Assembly: GCA_021613535.1 (NCBI GenBank) | Contig: CP075492.1 | Span: 14,055,769 to 14,119,768 of the forward strand | From: Adineta vaga | Lineage: Eukaryota > Animalia > Rotifera | Direction of reading: 5' to 3' | Length of the DNA: 64,000 nucleotides | Shown: one piece after another, positions 1 through 12,558 of the stretch | How positions within the stretch are numbered: the first letter of the stretch is position 1 | Layout: the number at the start of each line of letters is the position of its first letter | The notes under the pieces: generated by a model | Told to the model about the DNA's origin: nothing | Database searches by the model: none | Seen by the model: the letters and a program-made list of their open reading frames with translations, nothing else | Made by a program: the position numbers and the translations under genes

Positions 1-136
1 CAGATAAATGTGATTTCACATTTGTTGACAATCTCTTGAAAAGCGATTGGAGTAAACTATTAAATCAATTAAAACCTTTAAGAAATGTTCTAGTTGATAT
101 GCTCATCGACTCAACTACCCTTGATTCGAATGCTAC

Positions 137-478
137 TTGTCCAGCACGACAACCATGTTCTGGCACAGGTTTCTGCCGAATGGTTTACAAGTTTGGTCTG
201 ATACTGTAGGTCCCGTATATACAAGTGAATGTTCGAATGCAACAGATCAACCACTTCTCGATTGGGTTCAAGCACTTGATCAAACTAAAGTCGGTGAACT
301 TTTAATATATACTTGCAATAAGCCTGGATGTGCAGATGTTTCCGTTGCCGCAAATATTATCAAAATAATGAATCGTGATTATATTTTACCATTCAATGTT
401 ATAATACCACCTACAACTACGCCTAACATGCCAACAACTATTAGTGCGCTAATTTCATACTTTTTGAAAAAACCTTAA
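137..478 (+). CDS. Unknown protein, possibly the terminal exon of a gene starting upstream of the window. An overlapping frame (2..207) is also open, which suggests a frameshift or a splice.
   Basis: 113-codon ORF with no recognisable motif. The different frame at 2..207 reads ...CPARQPCSGTGFC... and overlaps it. Confidence 0.2.
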   Translation: MSSTTTMFWHRFLPNGLQVWSDTVGPVYTSECSNATDQPLLDWVQALDQTKVGELLIYTCNKPGCADVSVAANIIKIMNRDYILPFNVIIPPTTTPNMPTTISALISYFLKKP

Positions 479-1205
479 TGGGTATTTTAATATTTACTTG
501 CCTACGATTCTTCTATTTATTTTAAAATTTAAAGACATGATTATATTGTTTCTTTTATGACATTTGGTATCTACAATTATGATCAATGTTTTTGAGTTTT
601 CATGTATTCGTTTCTTTTTTTTCTGACAATCGTATGAGAAGATTATATATTCACTTCTATTTTTCAAGGTATAATTTTCATCTCAAATTAATTGTTAGTT
701 TATAAAAAAAAAACTTCTATTTTGTCACTTCTTCATTTACATTAAATAAACAATCGAAACATTATAAGTGTTTATTCTCCAATGTACGAACTTTAATTTG
801 TATGAACCTGTCTGTAGTTGAAGTCTTCATAAAATTCCAGCACAGATTTATGCATGCTGTTAAAGTACAAATGATCACTTTTATAACTTCAGACGTCTCT
901 TACTTCTACTCTATTCCGTTCTGGCAGTAGTCATACTATCTGCTTTCTTACAAGAATATTAGTAAAATAATCGCTCTTGTTGAATAACGTGCATGCTTTT
1001 TTTGCTATATTTTTTTATAGAATCAAATGAGTTTGTATCGAACAGTCATAGATGCAATATGAGAATAGTGACGATCAAATCATATCTAGTCATATCAACC
1101 TTACGGCATAACATTCTACACTGAATGATTCATCGATCACAAAAATTATTAGAAAAAAATGAAGGTATTTCCTTCATTCAAATTAAAAGATAGTTAGAAT
1201 CTGTT

Positions 1206-3013
1206 TTACATATAATAATCACTATTGGGAAAATAGTCTTGCGGTAATCGATTTTGAGCTGGTCGCCCATCAGGATATAACCAAGAAGTTAAATCAGTTT
1301 TGCGTCCTAAGAATTCGAGTAAATAGGCTGCTGCTTGAACCATTTTCAAGTAGCCGAATTGATCAATATTTTTCACTGTATCACATGCCTTATGATAGCA
1401 TGGATCGAGTGTGGCACCTGCTAAGCCACCTCGACCAAGACCTAGTTTGGATTCATAGGCATCGCGTTGTGCCACGCTTTTTGTTTCATCAGCACCGGAG
1501 AAAAGACCTCCGGCAACGATACCGGCAGCAAGAAAAGGTCCATAGTCACTTCGACCACTAAAATCAGTATAATCCCAAGGAAGATTTTGTTGATTGAACC
1601 AGTCGCGGAATGCTTCTGAAATTCGAATACTTCCAGGAAGTGCCTTTGATGGTGTACCTAGTTTAGCTGAGCTGCCATTGTATATGCCGAATATATAGTT
1701 TGGAGAACCCAACATATCATAATTGAGATTAACCAAATTATTTGTGAGTTTGAAATCAGACGATGCAGAAGAGTTCTCAGCTTGTTGAACATGATGAATT
1801 GCTCCAACAAGTCCAATTTCTTCACCACCCCACCAACAGAATCGAATACGATATGGATACTTAGGATAATTGGTAGTTCCGTATAATCGAGCTAAATTCA
1901 TTGCTAGCACAAGATTAGCTGCTGATCCACTGCCTAAACATAAAATAATTAAAAGGTTTTCCTATCTGCATTACACTTTTCAGGTGAAAATTAACTTATC
2001 TAAATAATTTGATTAAAAATATAGCAAAAACGTATCCTACCATTATCATTAATACCAGGTCCAGCTGGTACACTATCACTATGACTACCCAATACGATTG
2101 TTTCATTTACCTTTCCATTCAGTGTATCGGCACAAATGTTTTGAACATCAAATCTTCCATAATCTTCACGTTGAATATCGAGTGTTACATTAATTGAGCC
2201 ACTACTACTAAATGCATTGAGTAATGTTCGCCCAGCTGCATTGGATAAAGAGAGCGCTGGTAAAAGATTAGCTTGACGAAGCCGAAAATTTGCGGGTGCT
2301 AAACTTGAAATAGTCAAGCCATGATTGTAAAAGAGCAAAGCTGATACATTTTTCTTAGCAGCAAGTTCTCCTTTCTCTGCATACGTGCATATTCCACCAG
2401 CTTTGATTAAGACGGCTTGACCTGCGACATTGTCATAATCACTGTCATCACAACCATTATTTTTAACTTGAACAAGATTGTAAGTAGACAAATTGATAGC
2501 AGCTGTATAGTTTACATATGTAAAGGCTGTTTCAGGTAAACTAGTCGAGTAAACGAAATTCGCAGTGACGCCATTTGAAGACCAACTTAAAATCGGACTT
2601 CCTTTGATGGTAAAATTTTGCACTGAAAAGGTTTCTCGAACGACTTTAAACTGATTGTAGGTTTTATTCTGCATTAATTCATATATGTAATCCAATGTCT
2701 GAGCAAATCCAGTCGTTCCTATAGCACGCGTATTACCATTTTGACGTGCAAAGTTTTCGAATTGAGTAAGATGAGACATTAAATCTTCAATATGAATAGT
2801 ATCAGCAAGGGCGCTGTTAAGGAATCCTGGTAGAGATGAACTTGTCGTTACAATCGGTGATGCAGTTGTAGTGATAAATCTCTTGTCGAGATCATTAAAT
2901 CGTCTAACCAATGTGCTAAGTGTAGCAGCAGCTAGGGCAAATGTAATAATACCAAATAGAGTGAGAACACCCAATGCGATCAATAGGCTACAACTCTTGT
3001 CTGGCATACTCAA
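1206..3013 (-). CDS. M28-family zinc aminopeptidase with an N-terminal signal anchor and a PA (protease-associated) domain. It has 2 exons (3013..2034 and 1932..1206) and a ~100-nt intron at 1933..2033.
   Basis: Exon 1 has an N-terminal TM helix, a PA-like segment and ...HSDSVPAGPGINDNG. Donor G|GTAGGA and acceptor ...tttag| restore the classic M28 sequence GINDNGSGSAANLVLAMNLARLY.....RFCWWGGEEIGLVGA, which carries the metal-binding motifs. Confidence 0.7.
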
Positions 3014-4157
3014 TAAATCGAATCAGATCTGGGAGGAAGAGGTATAGAATAAATTACTGAAAGCAACAAAAACTGAGTAGTTTTTTTTAATAGTGCTCTT
3101 TTGCGAACAGATTATTCTTATCTTTCTGAAGAGCTTTTTTTCGTCAAATAAATAATCGTTTCGTTAATGGCCAAACATAAAACACTTGTAAGAATATTTA
3201 TCGCTACAATGTTGCTCATTTATGATGACTTCAGTCGATAAAATCTCTACTTATGGTATAGTTTATAGTTAGCTAGAAAGAGCAACAAACAGCATAATTC
3301 AAGGATTTAATTATGTTGCAGTTGCAATCTCAATTCTGATATTGATGATTTATGACAGTATCAATAAGATGAAGATATTGTTGTATATTTCATGCGCATT
3401 GCACGACGAATAATGACACATGCTCTTGGAGATATAGGTAGGAATGAGAATAGAGAAGATGCATGCATACTAATACCCTATCACTATATTTTTCTTTATA
3501 TAAAACGACAAAAAAAGATTACTATAACTTCATCGATGATATTTTCTATGTATTGTTTTTCATTTTTCTTAACTGTTATACTTCACTATAATTGTTATAA
3601 TTCAATTTGCTTTCTACGTAAAATATGTCGCAAAGAATACTATAAATTCGAAAAAAATAATAGAAGTGATAGTTTCCTATGTTGATTTTGATGAACGACT
3701 GTTACCATATTATGCTACAGAAGTATCATATCAGACGGTCCAATACGAATATTTCTATATGTAACAACTCATTTTTCACATTTTTATGGAACTCAAAAAT
3801 ATTTTTCTTATTAATTTCGTCTGAAAAAATCTTCTATTTCTGTTTTAACATTTACAAAAATCAAGAAGTTTACATAAAAATAAATATGCACTCTCATTGT
3901 GTCATTTACAAACGTTTCAAATTCGATTTTTACCAGACAACTGACGGTAACCCGTTGAGAAAAAGAATTTCATCGTTGAATTTACTACGAAAACAAAACA
4001 GCTGATTCTAGACAACAAAATCATAAAATTAGCAAGAACAGAAAAAGAGGGCAAAAATAAATAGCCGACGAGCGACCGTAGCATTCATGCAAGAATAGAA
4101 GGATCAGAAAATAGAAAAATATAGATGACAGTGATACATTTCATCTAATCACCAAAT

Positions 4158-4373
4158 ATGCTGCACTTCTTGCATGAACTCTTCTGTCTATATTTCTCGT
4201 CATTATCAATATTACCCGGTCTAGAACGATTGCCGAACGAATTGCTATTGGAAATTCTTTCCTATCTATCGATCTCAGACTTGTTTTATGGTTGGTCGAA
4301 TCTCAATTGGCGTTTCAATCCTATCGTCTACAGTTTACCCATTAAAGGTTTTTATACCATACGAAAAAGTTAA
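4158..4373 (+). CDS. F-box domain exon (partial gene model; downstream exons not resolved).
   Basis: LPNELLLEILSYLSISDLFYGWSNLNWRF matches the F-box consensus (LP.E.L..I...L....L). Confidence 0.35.
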   Translation: MLHFLHELFCLYFSSLSILPGLERLPNELLLEILSYLSISDLFYGWSNLNWRFNPIVYSLPIKGFYTIRKS

Positions 4374-4857
4374 TTAAAAAGTCATAAGATTTTCTTTAGA
4401 AATTAACTCGAATTCTTTATTTTCTTTAAGTTCTCAGCGAAATTAGTGATGGTATTCATGGAAAACTTCTAATGGTGTCATTGCACATCTTCGCTATTTC
4501 GTTTCACAAGTTGTTTCACTTCAAATTGACCGATGTTATCCATGCGACGTAGCTACTGTTCTTTTTAATGAATAGCGAGTACTTATTATTTTGTTGAAGA
4601 CTTGTTTTTTGTTCTTTAATGAAAATAAATCGTTTTCACTATAAAATTTCATGACATAGAAAGATATATTTTTGAAGAGTTCTTTTCTCGATAGATGCGA
4701 TTCAATTTGTTAGCAGATGATTTAAGATAATCAATGAAAAGAGTAATATTTTATTCATATTATCGAATTGATAATCGATAAACTATACCCACACCCTCAA
4801 ATATTCGTTCACAAAAATATTAATCTAATAAAACTGATCAAGCTATACACTTATGAA

Positions 4858-5718
4858 TCATAGCGTATCAAAATCAATGTCTAGATACTCTGCTACTGGT
4901 TCATACCCAATATTTTGATAAATCTTGTTCGAAGTAGGATTTAATTTATCAGTAAATAGAGCGCAATGTTTTTGCTGCGTATTGATCACTAATTCTGTCA
5001 GTTTGTAAACGGCAGTACTTGCAAATCCTTTGTTTCGTAAATTTGATGGTGTATACACCCAACTAAGAATAGCAAAATTATCTGTTTCTCGTGCTATAGC
5101 AACCATACTAACAATTTGTTGATCTTCATTCACAACTAATTTATAAAGAAGTTTCTTTTGAATCTTGTTTTCTGTAGTCGCTCGTATTTCTTCGTCCGGT
5201 TTTAATGGAAGTAATCCAGCAGCTATCTGAAAATTTTTAAGCCATACTGTAAGAATCGGTAAATCTTGGATAGTCGCCAATTTAAGTTCACTGTTTTGAA
5301 CTAATTCGATATTCTTCAGATCTTTTATGATATTCAAAAGAAGAACTGTTGATTGAACTATCGGTTTTGAATACATTTTCAGAAAACCATTCACTATGGC
5401 GGTTTTACCAGTTACACCTTTTAAATTTATTTGATGACAATGAAAATAATCTACCATTGGTTTAATAGCAGCATCCGATTCTGTAATAAATGTTGCTAAG
5501 GCAGGCTTATTATCTGTTGTGACTGCACATGAAATAATAGTACCGTTCTTGTCAATAGTTGCAATCAAAATAGATTTTTCTAGATCAATGGATTTGTTAA
5601 GAAATCGATTGCATATACCAAGAATGACATTGTTTTCACATTCGTTTTGCATAAGATAAATTTTGCAATCATTCAAAAATGTGCTTGTCCTATCATACTT
5701 TCTAATTTCGTCATCCAT
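4858..5718 (-). CDS. GNAT-family N-acetyltransferase-like protein, single exon, 286 aa.
   Basis: The C-terminal half (...QQIVSMVAIARETDNFAILSWVYTPSNLRNKGFASTAVYKLTEL....ALFTDKLNPTSNKIYQNIGYEP) fits the GNAT fold with acetyl-CoA-binding R/Q-x-x-G-x-G/A-like motifs. There is no intron. Confidence 0.5.
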   Translation of the reverse strand: MDDEIRKYDRTSTFLNDCKIYLMQNECENNVILGICNRFLNKSIDLEKSILIATIDKNGTIISCAVTTDNKPALATFITESDAAIKPMVDYFHCHQINLKGVTGKTAIVNGFLKMYSKPIVQSTVLLLNIIKDLKNIELVQNSELKLATIQDLPILTVWLKNFQIAAGLLPLKPDEEIRATTENKIQKKLLYKLVVNEDQQIVSMVAIARETDNFAILSWVYTPSNLRNKGFASTAVYKLTELVINTQQKHCALFTDKLNPTSNKIYQNIGYEPVAEYLDIDFDTL

Positions 5719-6054
5719 TTTATTGTAACTATTTTTCGATAATCTAAAAACAAAACATGTGTAGAAGTTAGTTGCGTCTGTTTTATTTCTCCTTTATAAT
5801 CAAATCAAATTCATTGGATATTATTAAAACACGGTTAAATGCTTCTGTTTCTAGATGAAATGAAAAACCTGTTTATTTATACTTTGAAAAGGTATATCTT
5901 TTATCTCTTTTATATTTCATTTGTTGATTGGTTAAAATGTCATTTCATCAGCGTTGCACAATGCTTTTACTATGCGAATAATGATAACAGCAAATTTTAC
6001 AGCACAATAATCTACATGAAAATATTTATGACAAGTGGTGGTCATAGAGTTTTC

Positions 6055-7014
6055 TTATGTAATACTTGTATTGATTTGTATTGATTTTTTTGAAATCAAT
6101 TTGCTATATTGAAGACAAAATCTTCTCACTTCTAATCGAAATGATTTTGATACACATATATAAATGTAAAATGACAAACTATTATTCATATAAATCAAGA
6201 ACGTTCCATTAAAATAATTACTAAACGATTCAATTAGTTGTCGATCTGTACTTTTAATCACTGTTTGAGTCGCTGATTGATATAAAAGATTAATTGCAAA
6301 TGGTGCTATAGTAATAACATACCATACGGTTTCAATTAATAACATTTTAATCATATCTCGATCACGTTTACGAGCACGTGTTATATTCAAAATTATAGTT
6401 GTGTTTGGACAAACACGAGCTCGAATATTTCTTAAATTTCTAAACATTAATGCACCAAAGAGAACCATACATAGTAATGGAATAATACCAACAGCAACTG
6501 CCATATATGCAGATAAGATAATAGCCGATAAGCCTCGTTTTCCACCACATCGACCATTTTCAAGTGAATTTAATGTGTATGGCCATATGGCTAATATGAA
6601 CCAGAAGATTGGAACACAAATAACAATATAAATGGCTATTCGAAATCGACTAAATGATCGAATACGAACATGATTACTTGATATAGCATATCGATCAATA
6701 CATGTACAGATAAAGAATGTCCGCATTATTTGATTGAATGAATGACGAAAATAGAATTGTAATTCACAAAATTGAACAGATGCAGTTGATGGATTAGGAT
6801 GATCTAATGCATATATAACTGGTAGGGTAGAAACATTCAAACCAAATAAAGATGCTGCAAATATATAGGTTGAACAAGGATTTCGACGATATACTGGCCA
6901 AACGAAAACCATCATATTGAATAGTAAACCTATATTGCCAAGTGCGTTATAAGTTGTCATTCCATAACGTGTCAAATGTCGTTGTAGTAAAGGTAAGTAT
7001 GTAGCTGATGACAT
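6055..7014 (-). CDS. Rhodopsin-like (class A) 7TM receptor, single exon, 319 aa.
   Basis: Seven hydrophobic segments, a DRY-type motif (CIDRYAIS) after TM3 and an NPxxY-like motif (NNSLSFYIY) in TM7. Confidence 0.55.
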   Translation of the reverse strand: MSSATYLPLLQRHLTRYGMTTYNALGNIGLLFNMMVFVWPVYRRNPCSTYIFAASLFGLNVSTLPVIYALDHPNPSTASVQFCELQFYFRHSFNQIMRTFFICTCIDRYAISSNHVRIRSFSRFRIAIYIVICVPIFWFILAIWPYTLNSLENGRCGGKRGLSAIILSAYMAVAVGIIPLLCMVLFGALMFRNLRNIRARVCPNTTIILNITRARKRDRDMIKMLLIETVWYVITIAPFAINLLYQSATQTVIKSTDRQLIESFSNYFNGTFLIYMNNSLSFYIYICVSKSFRLEVRRFCLQYSKLISKKSIQINTSIT

Positions 7015-7682
7015 ATTTTCGAGTCAATTGATGGATGAAGAGAAATATCTTCGATGTAGGACAAATAGTACAAATGAGATCATTTTTGTAGAAGACTTTT
7101 TTTCAACTCTATATCACCTTAAAGGTCATCAAGAAAATACTTTGAAATATTTTCATATTTAAATCAAAGAAAAGTACAAGTTGATTACTATGTAGATAAT
7201 GGAAAATCTCTCGAGCATAGTTAAATTAATGCTGATTGCACGAGACAGTCTTTTTTCGCATGGCCATAAATTATCATCCAGTAATATTTTTTGATTGAAC
7301 TGCGTTATATATACTTCCATTATAATTAGATACCATATAGTCACCAAGTCTATCTATTTTGTTACTCTAGTAATAAATGATCGGCACCTTGACTTGATTA
7401 TATGAAAGGGTTATTGAAGTGAGTAAAATGTAAAGAATATGAATGCAAGTTCATGTCAAATATTATATATGATTGTAACTTCGGATTGATCGAAAAATGG
7501 TGTTCATTTATATCGTTGAAATAGAATCATTTTCTGTATTTGTTAAATGCCAACGAACATTGATAGTAAAACAATTTCATTATGAACAATCATATTTCAT
7601 AATGTGAAAAATAAGGATCAATTAGAATATTCATTTGATACATTTAATTACAGTACAATGTGATTATCACAAAAAAAAGGAA

Positions 7683-8451
7683 TCAATATTTTGCTTTTTC
7701 ATCGATTAATCCGATAGCTTGATGGAATTTCAATTCAAATCTGTCTTCACCACGGTATCGGCTGGTTTGAATATACCATTTACCTTCAAATTGATTGAGT
7801 GTTGCATTCCAATTCAATTGTATGGTTACTTTATGTCCGTAGTTTTCCGTTGTATTTCCTGTACCTGGTTTATATACTTTAGTCAAAGCAAGTCGATTCG
7901 TTTGAAACGAATAGATTCCATCAATAGAAAATGCACCAATATCATCAGTTCCTTCTCCATCGACTCTTGACATGGAAGTATTGAATGTCAATGCTAATTG
8001 ATGAGGTCCATGCCATCGATTATGTTGTTGATAACGACTAGACCATATACCTGTTTGAAAATAAGCTTTGGAATACGTTTGATCTTTATCAGAAGGTGCA
8101 CTAGCAATAAATGTTGTATTCGATTGCAATGATTTTCCTTTACATCGATAATAACAATACATCGTACCAAATACAACAGCAATTAAACCAAAAATACCCC
8201 CAACTATACTACCCACTATGACACCTGTATTACAATTGCTACCAGTACATCGACTACCGCTACTTATTCGACTTCCAGCTGTAATAAAATTTCATATTAA
8301 TACATATATCGAGAAAGTAATCAATATTCACTCGTTTACCTCTGTAACTACTGCTACCCCCTCGAAATCCACCACCTCCACGAGCTCCTTGACAATCGAC
8401 AATGACAATTAGAACAATTAGAACAAAGCAAAGATGGATTAGAATATGCAT
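7683..8451 (-). CDS. Type-I membrane protein with a signal peptide, a Gly/Ser-rich ectodomain, one TM helix and a ~150-aa cytoplasmic domain of unknown function. It has 2 exons (8451..8340 and 8278..7683) with an intron at 8279..8339.
   Basis: The product starts MHILIHLCFVLIVLIVIVDC, then GARGGGGFRGGSSSYR. Donor AG|GTAAAC and acceptor ttattacag| join it in frame to ...GSRISSGSRCTGSNCNTGVIVGSIVGGIFGLIAVVFGTMYCYY... Confidence 0.4.
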
Positions 8452-8485
8452 AGTTTTGTATTTCGTATATAACCAGCACTATTTA

Positions 8486-8503
8486 TTTAAATACGTATAT
8501 ATA
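8486..8503. repeat. (TA)n microsatellite
   Basis: tatatatatatatatata, seen directly. Confidence 0.8.
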
Positions 8504-8899
8504 TATATATATAACGACTTTAAAAAATGAATAACAACCAAGATAAGATATGACGCATGCTTTCAAACGAATACTGAGGAGAAATAAATATGTATACGAA
8601 TATCTTTGACGACAGTGATAAGAAAAATATACGTAAGTTGATGACGTTCTTCTGTCCTAACATAATGTGAAGACATCAAAGGCTAAAAGTTAAGACTATA
8701 TCACTGAACGCATGATAAACTATTTGTTATCATCTAATCATGAGTCTTTTTACGAGTCGAATTAGTAACCATCGAAAAGGTCTTAGAAGTAATAAAACAA
8801 TCAGACACACCACACGAATACTGTGCCAAAAGAGTGTTTGCGGATCGTTAAATTTTGCACTGTATTTTTCTTCGAGAAAATATGATATATATGTACTCA

Positions 8900-9729
8900 T
8901 TTCCATTGAAATACCTATCAAATGTCCATTCTTATTAAAATTAGAAATTTCATTTTTTGAATATCGAAGAATTAAATTCCTGTTTGTGACGATGAATCGA
9001 ATTATTTCGAACCATTTTCCAACTCTCAATAAATTCTTTATTTTTTCCCATTTCTCCTAAAGTCAGACTCTTCTCGAACAGAAGACGTTTACGCCGTCGA
9101 CAACATACAAATGGCAATGAAATCGCTTTAATTCCAGCTGCTTGAGCAGTAATACCAGTGACAAATACATCTTCTAACCATAATTTTGGTTTCGTTTCAT
9201 TATCAGTCGATATTTTTTGTAACAAATGTAACGTATTCGGTGGAACATACCATTTACTGTCGAATTATCTATTAACTCGCCGTGAACATTTATGGCAGAA
9301 AAGATTCGGATTGGAAAGATCATCAATTGAAGTGATAAATCGGACAATATTTTCGATATTGATAATTGCATCATCATCTGTATATAAAAGCCATCGAGTT
9401 GGACAATAAAATTTTGTCCAAGTAAGTGTAAATATTGATTTTAAAGTTAAATTATAATAATCATCAACGAATTTTCCCATTATTAAATCATGATATTGTT
9501 TATCTTCTTTGAGAAGTTTATCTAACAATTCTCCGTCATCTGTTGATCTTAAAACGAATACATATGGAATGTGATATTGTAGAACTTCAGGTAACCATGT
9601 TTGTCGAACCAATTGTCGTTGATGAAAGTTTTTTGTCGAAGATTTAATTGCAATGAATAATTGACTATTAGTATATTGAGAATCTTTACAAAGATTGAGT
9701 TTATGTAAAACGACATCATTTGTTTCCAT
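8900..9729 (-). CDS. GT31-family (beta-1,3-galactosyl/N-acetylglucosaminyltransferase-like, Galactosyl_T) gene. The first exon is 9729..9265; the 3' part continues in the same frame after an in-frame TAA near 9262, so it is a possible pseudogene or carries an unresolved micro-intron.
   Basis: FIAIKSSTKNFHQRQLVRQTW, DDYYNLTLKSI and a DxD motif YTDDDAIIN. Downstream, ...KWYVPPNTL...EDVFVTGITAQAAGIKAISLPF matches the GT31 C-terminal EDV(Y/F)vG motif. Confidence 0.45.
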
Positions 9730-12558
9730 AATCTCTTCGACTGTGTGTAAATGTACATAGCTATAGCGGGTAGTTTAGTGAGAGTTTGTTGAATATGGAT
9801 TATAATATAGATTATAGACAATACATGATTAAACATTTTTCGATTTTTATCTAAAACGATTAGAATAATGTATTACATTAGGAAAAAAAAGGATGCTCTT
9901 CCATTGAACAACATATCTTGAATTTTAATTTTTCTTAATTTCTTTTACCAAACTATAACTAAGCAAAAAAGACTTCTTTGCGATAAGACTATCGGCTTAT
10001 ATATTTCGTAACATTGAAATGCAAATTCAATAAGAACAAAGGTATCAATGAGTTTAGTCGCATTTTCAGGTGTACCGTACTGCATTGAAATAGGACTGCA
10101 ATTCTATTGGCTACTCTTGGTAACGTTACAAATCAAATTCGAATCCCTTCAGTCCAATGGTATGGTTAAAGGAAGCGATATTCTCTCCATAGTTAAGACA
10201 AACACTAGTCACATTTTGAAATGAGAACTTGGCGTTATCAATTGTAGAATAAGAGCTAACGATGAACGATGATCAGTTGGTATAATACACGCAATTAAAT
10301 ACACTAACAATAATGTATTTTCATGTATATACACAAAGATGTTCGTTAAACATCGATCATAATTAATAAACTAAACGCTCCGTAAAATACAGTCTTGGCG
10401 ATTTTTGATAGAAGAGGCTCTAACGCTGATGGAGCTACGCTTTTCTTTATTTCTTCATATCATATATCGCATAGTTCTCACACAAAACATTCACTGATTC
10501 GTCACACAGTCGTCGATTCAATCTTCAGTTTGTACGTGCTCGACTCGACTCCTACTCACATATGAATCGAAACTTTGCGGTATTGTATATTTTGAAAGAT
10601 ATTCATTGTGACAATTTCTGGTCTAGGATCCAAGAACTGGTGAAATAATGGTGTATATATATATTTATTTCGTCGAAGAGAAAGAGAATAACTATACTGC
10701 ACATTTCTTGCTCTGTATATTGTGCTTGGAACGGCCAGTGCCATACTACAAGGAGAGTATCACACTTAATCAAGAACATGTGTTAAATCCATAAATAGAA
10801 GAGAAACAGAACCATGTAGTTGGGCTTTATAAATACGAGGACAAATGTGTAGGTGCATATGATAGAATCAAGTGAATATGGTGTGATCGTTTTAGATTGT
10901 CACATTCATCAATTATTAAAATATTAATATCAATAAAAGTTCAAATTTTCCAATACGCTTACTTCATCTACAAAACGAATAGACAACAAAAAGCAATTCC
11001 AATTCATTCAGAGATCATAGTTATTCATCAAGTCACAATGCCTCGACTCACCTCTTCACAAGGTTTGTTACAAACATATACACAAAAACTGAGGAGTAAA
11101 TATTATTATTGATTACTGATCTTTTAATTAAAGGTCAGACTCAATATCACATGTGTATACTGAGAATGAATCAATAATCGATTATCAATACAAAGAAAGG
11201 TTGAAAAGATAAAAAATATATATTCAAATAAATCAACCAAACGATTTTGATTTAAAAAACGAGAAGGTTTTGTCGTGTATTCAGTAGAAAGTAGATTCTA
11301 ACAAAAGGTTTTACTCCACGTCAATGACAATGAACTATAAGTTTATAAAAGATGTCTTTCCTTTCGTTTCTGTATAATAGTCGTACTATTTGCATTATAT
11401 TCAAAACCAACGCTAAAGAGTGTATAATAAGGTATAGATCAAATGTTCACTGCTAGCATCGATACAGGAAATATTACTCATGGTGAAAAGTATGTTGGTC
11501 AAGATGTTATCTCTGGACGATGAAGTAAAGTGTTTTATCGCATACTATGTGGCACTAAATTTAGGCCAACACTCTTCATATAGCCGGTGCAACTTCTCGA
11601 GAAGATCGAGTTGGTGTATAATGCTATGAAAAATATAAAGAAGGATATATTGCTAAACGCACTGAAGCATTTCTATATCCAGAATATGCATTAATAGAAG
11701 GATACATACGAACCGAATTTATGCTCCAAGATTTACTTTTACTAACTTCTGCTAGCCTAGATCTTACTCCCGGAATCTTATTCATATCAACACTTAATGC
11801 ATCTACACAGGTAGTAGCTGATGTATGGATAATTTATCTTACTGACCATGCTGAAAAAAAGAATCTATACAATCTTACCTTTCGGTTCAAAAACTTAGTT
11901 CGGCAACCCATAAGATTTTTCTTTAGATGTTTTTCTGCACTTGCTGGATTCTTTTTCCTTCTCGGTTCAATATTATACTTACCACAATATAATACAAGTC
12001 CATTTACTGTTAAAAAAATTCGTTTAAGAACAATTACGATAAGTTGTTACACAACAACATTCATTAAATGGAATAAAACCATTTATAAATAGAAATGGAA
12101 AACAAAAGATGAAAGATAATAACCATTGAAGAAAAATAAAGAAAAACTTGAGATAAGGGTGAAAAACGAATTCGATATAATCGATAAATTGATTGTAAAA
12201 AGTATGATAAAAGAATAGATAATGAAGATGTTGAAAGAAGATAACCACTACGGAATTTACAAAGAAATGTTCTATGTAAATTTCTCTGAAAAAACTTGAG
12301 TAATTTAATTTATTCTTTTTTAAAAATAAGAAAAATTAATCTCTTCTACTCATTTCATTTTTAAAACTAAACTGTTTTCATTATGAAACTGTTATTTGAA
12401 AATTTCTATTAATTAATTAATTAATTATCATTTGTTTTTTTCGAAACTAGCATTGGAACAAAATCATTGGATTCGTCGGAAAAAAATGGTTTCGTAATGT
12501 TCATTTCATTTTCGTTATTCTGTTCCTAGAACAAAACTTAATTATAGTTAAATCATGA

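Noticed and set aside
2009-2197. Antisense or shadow ORFs inside real genes (2009..2197, 6401..6631, 7719..8182, 28108..28320, 32177..32898, 48307..48501, 52585..52924, 56297..56602, 59580..59807, 60246..60437, 62501..62704)
   Set aside because: Each lies opposite or out of frame within a confidently assigned CDS and has no features of its own.
1206-3013. Calling the M28/PA peptidase horizontally acquired
   Set aside because: PA+M28 architectures are native to animals (the PSMA/transferrin-receptor family) as well as fungi, so foreign origin cannot be argued from the sequence alone.
3392-4005. ORFs 3392..3685 and 3679..4005, and similar ORFs at 5839..6084, 7159..7347, 8740..9060, 10556..11112, 11721..12248 and 23300..24982
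   Set aside because: These are low-complexity, Ile/Phe/Lys/Asn-rich translations of AT-rich intergenic DNA. They show no motifs and no intron or exon logic, so they are expected by chance at this composition.
10100-10160. tRNA-like T-loop box (TTCGAATCC)
   Set aside because: The flanking 5-nt segments do not pair as a T-stem, and no acceptor, D or anticodon arms can be drawn on either strand. I found no credible tRNA anywhere in the window.
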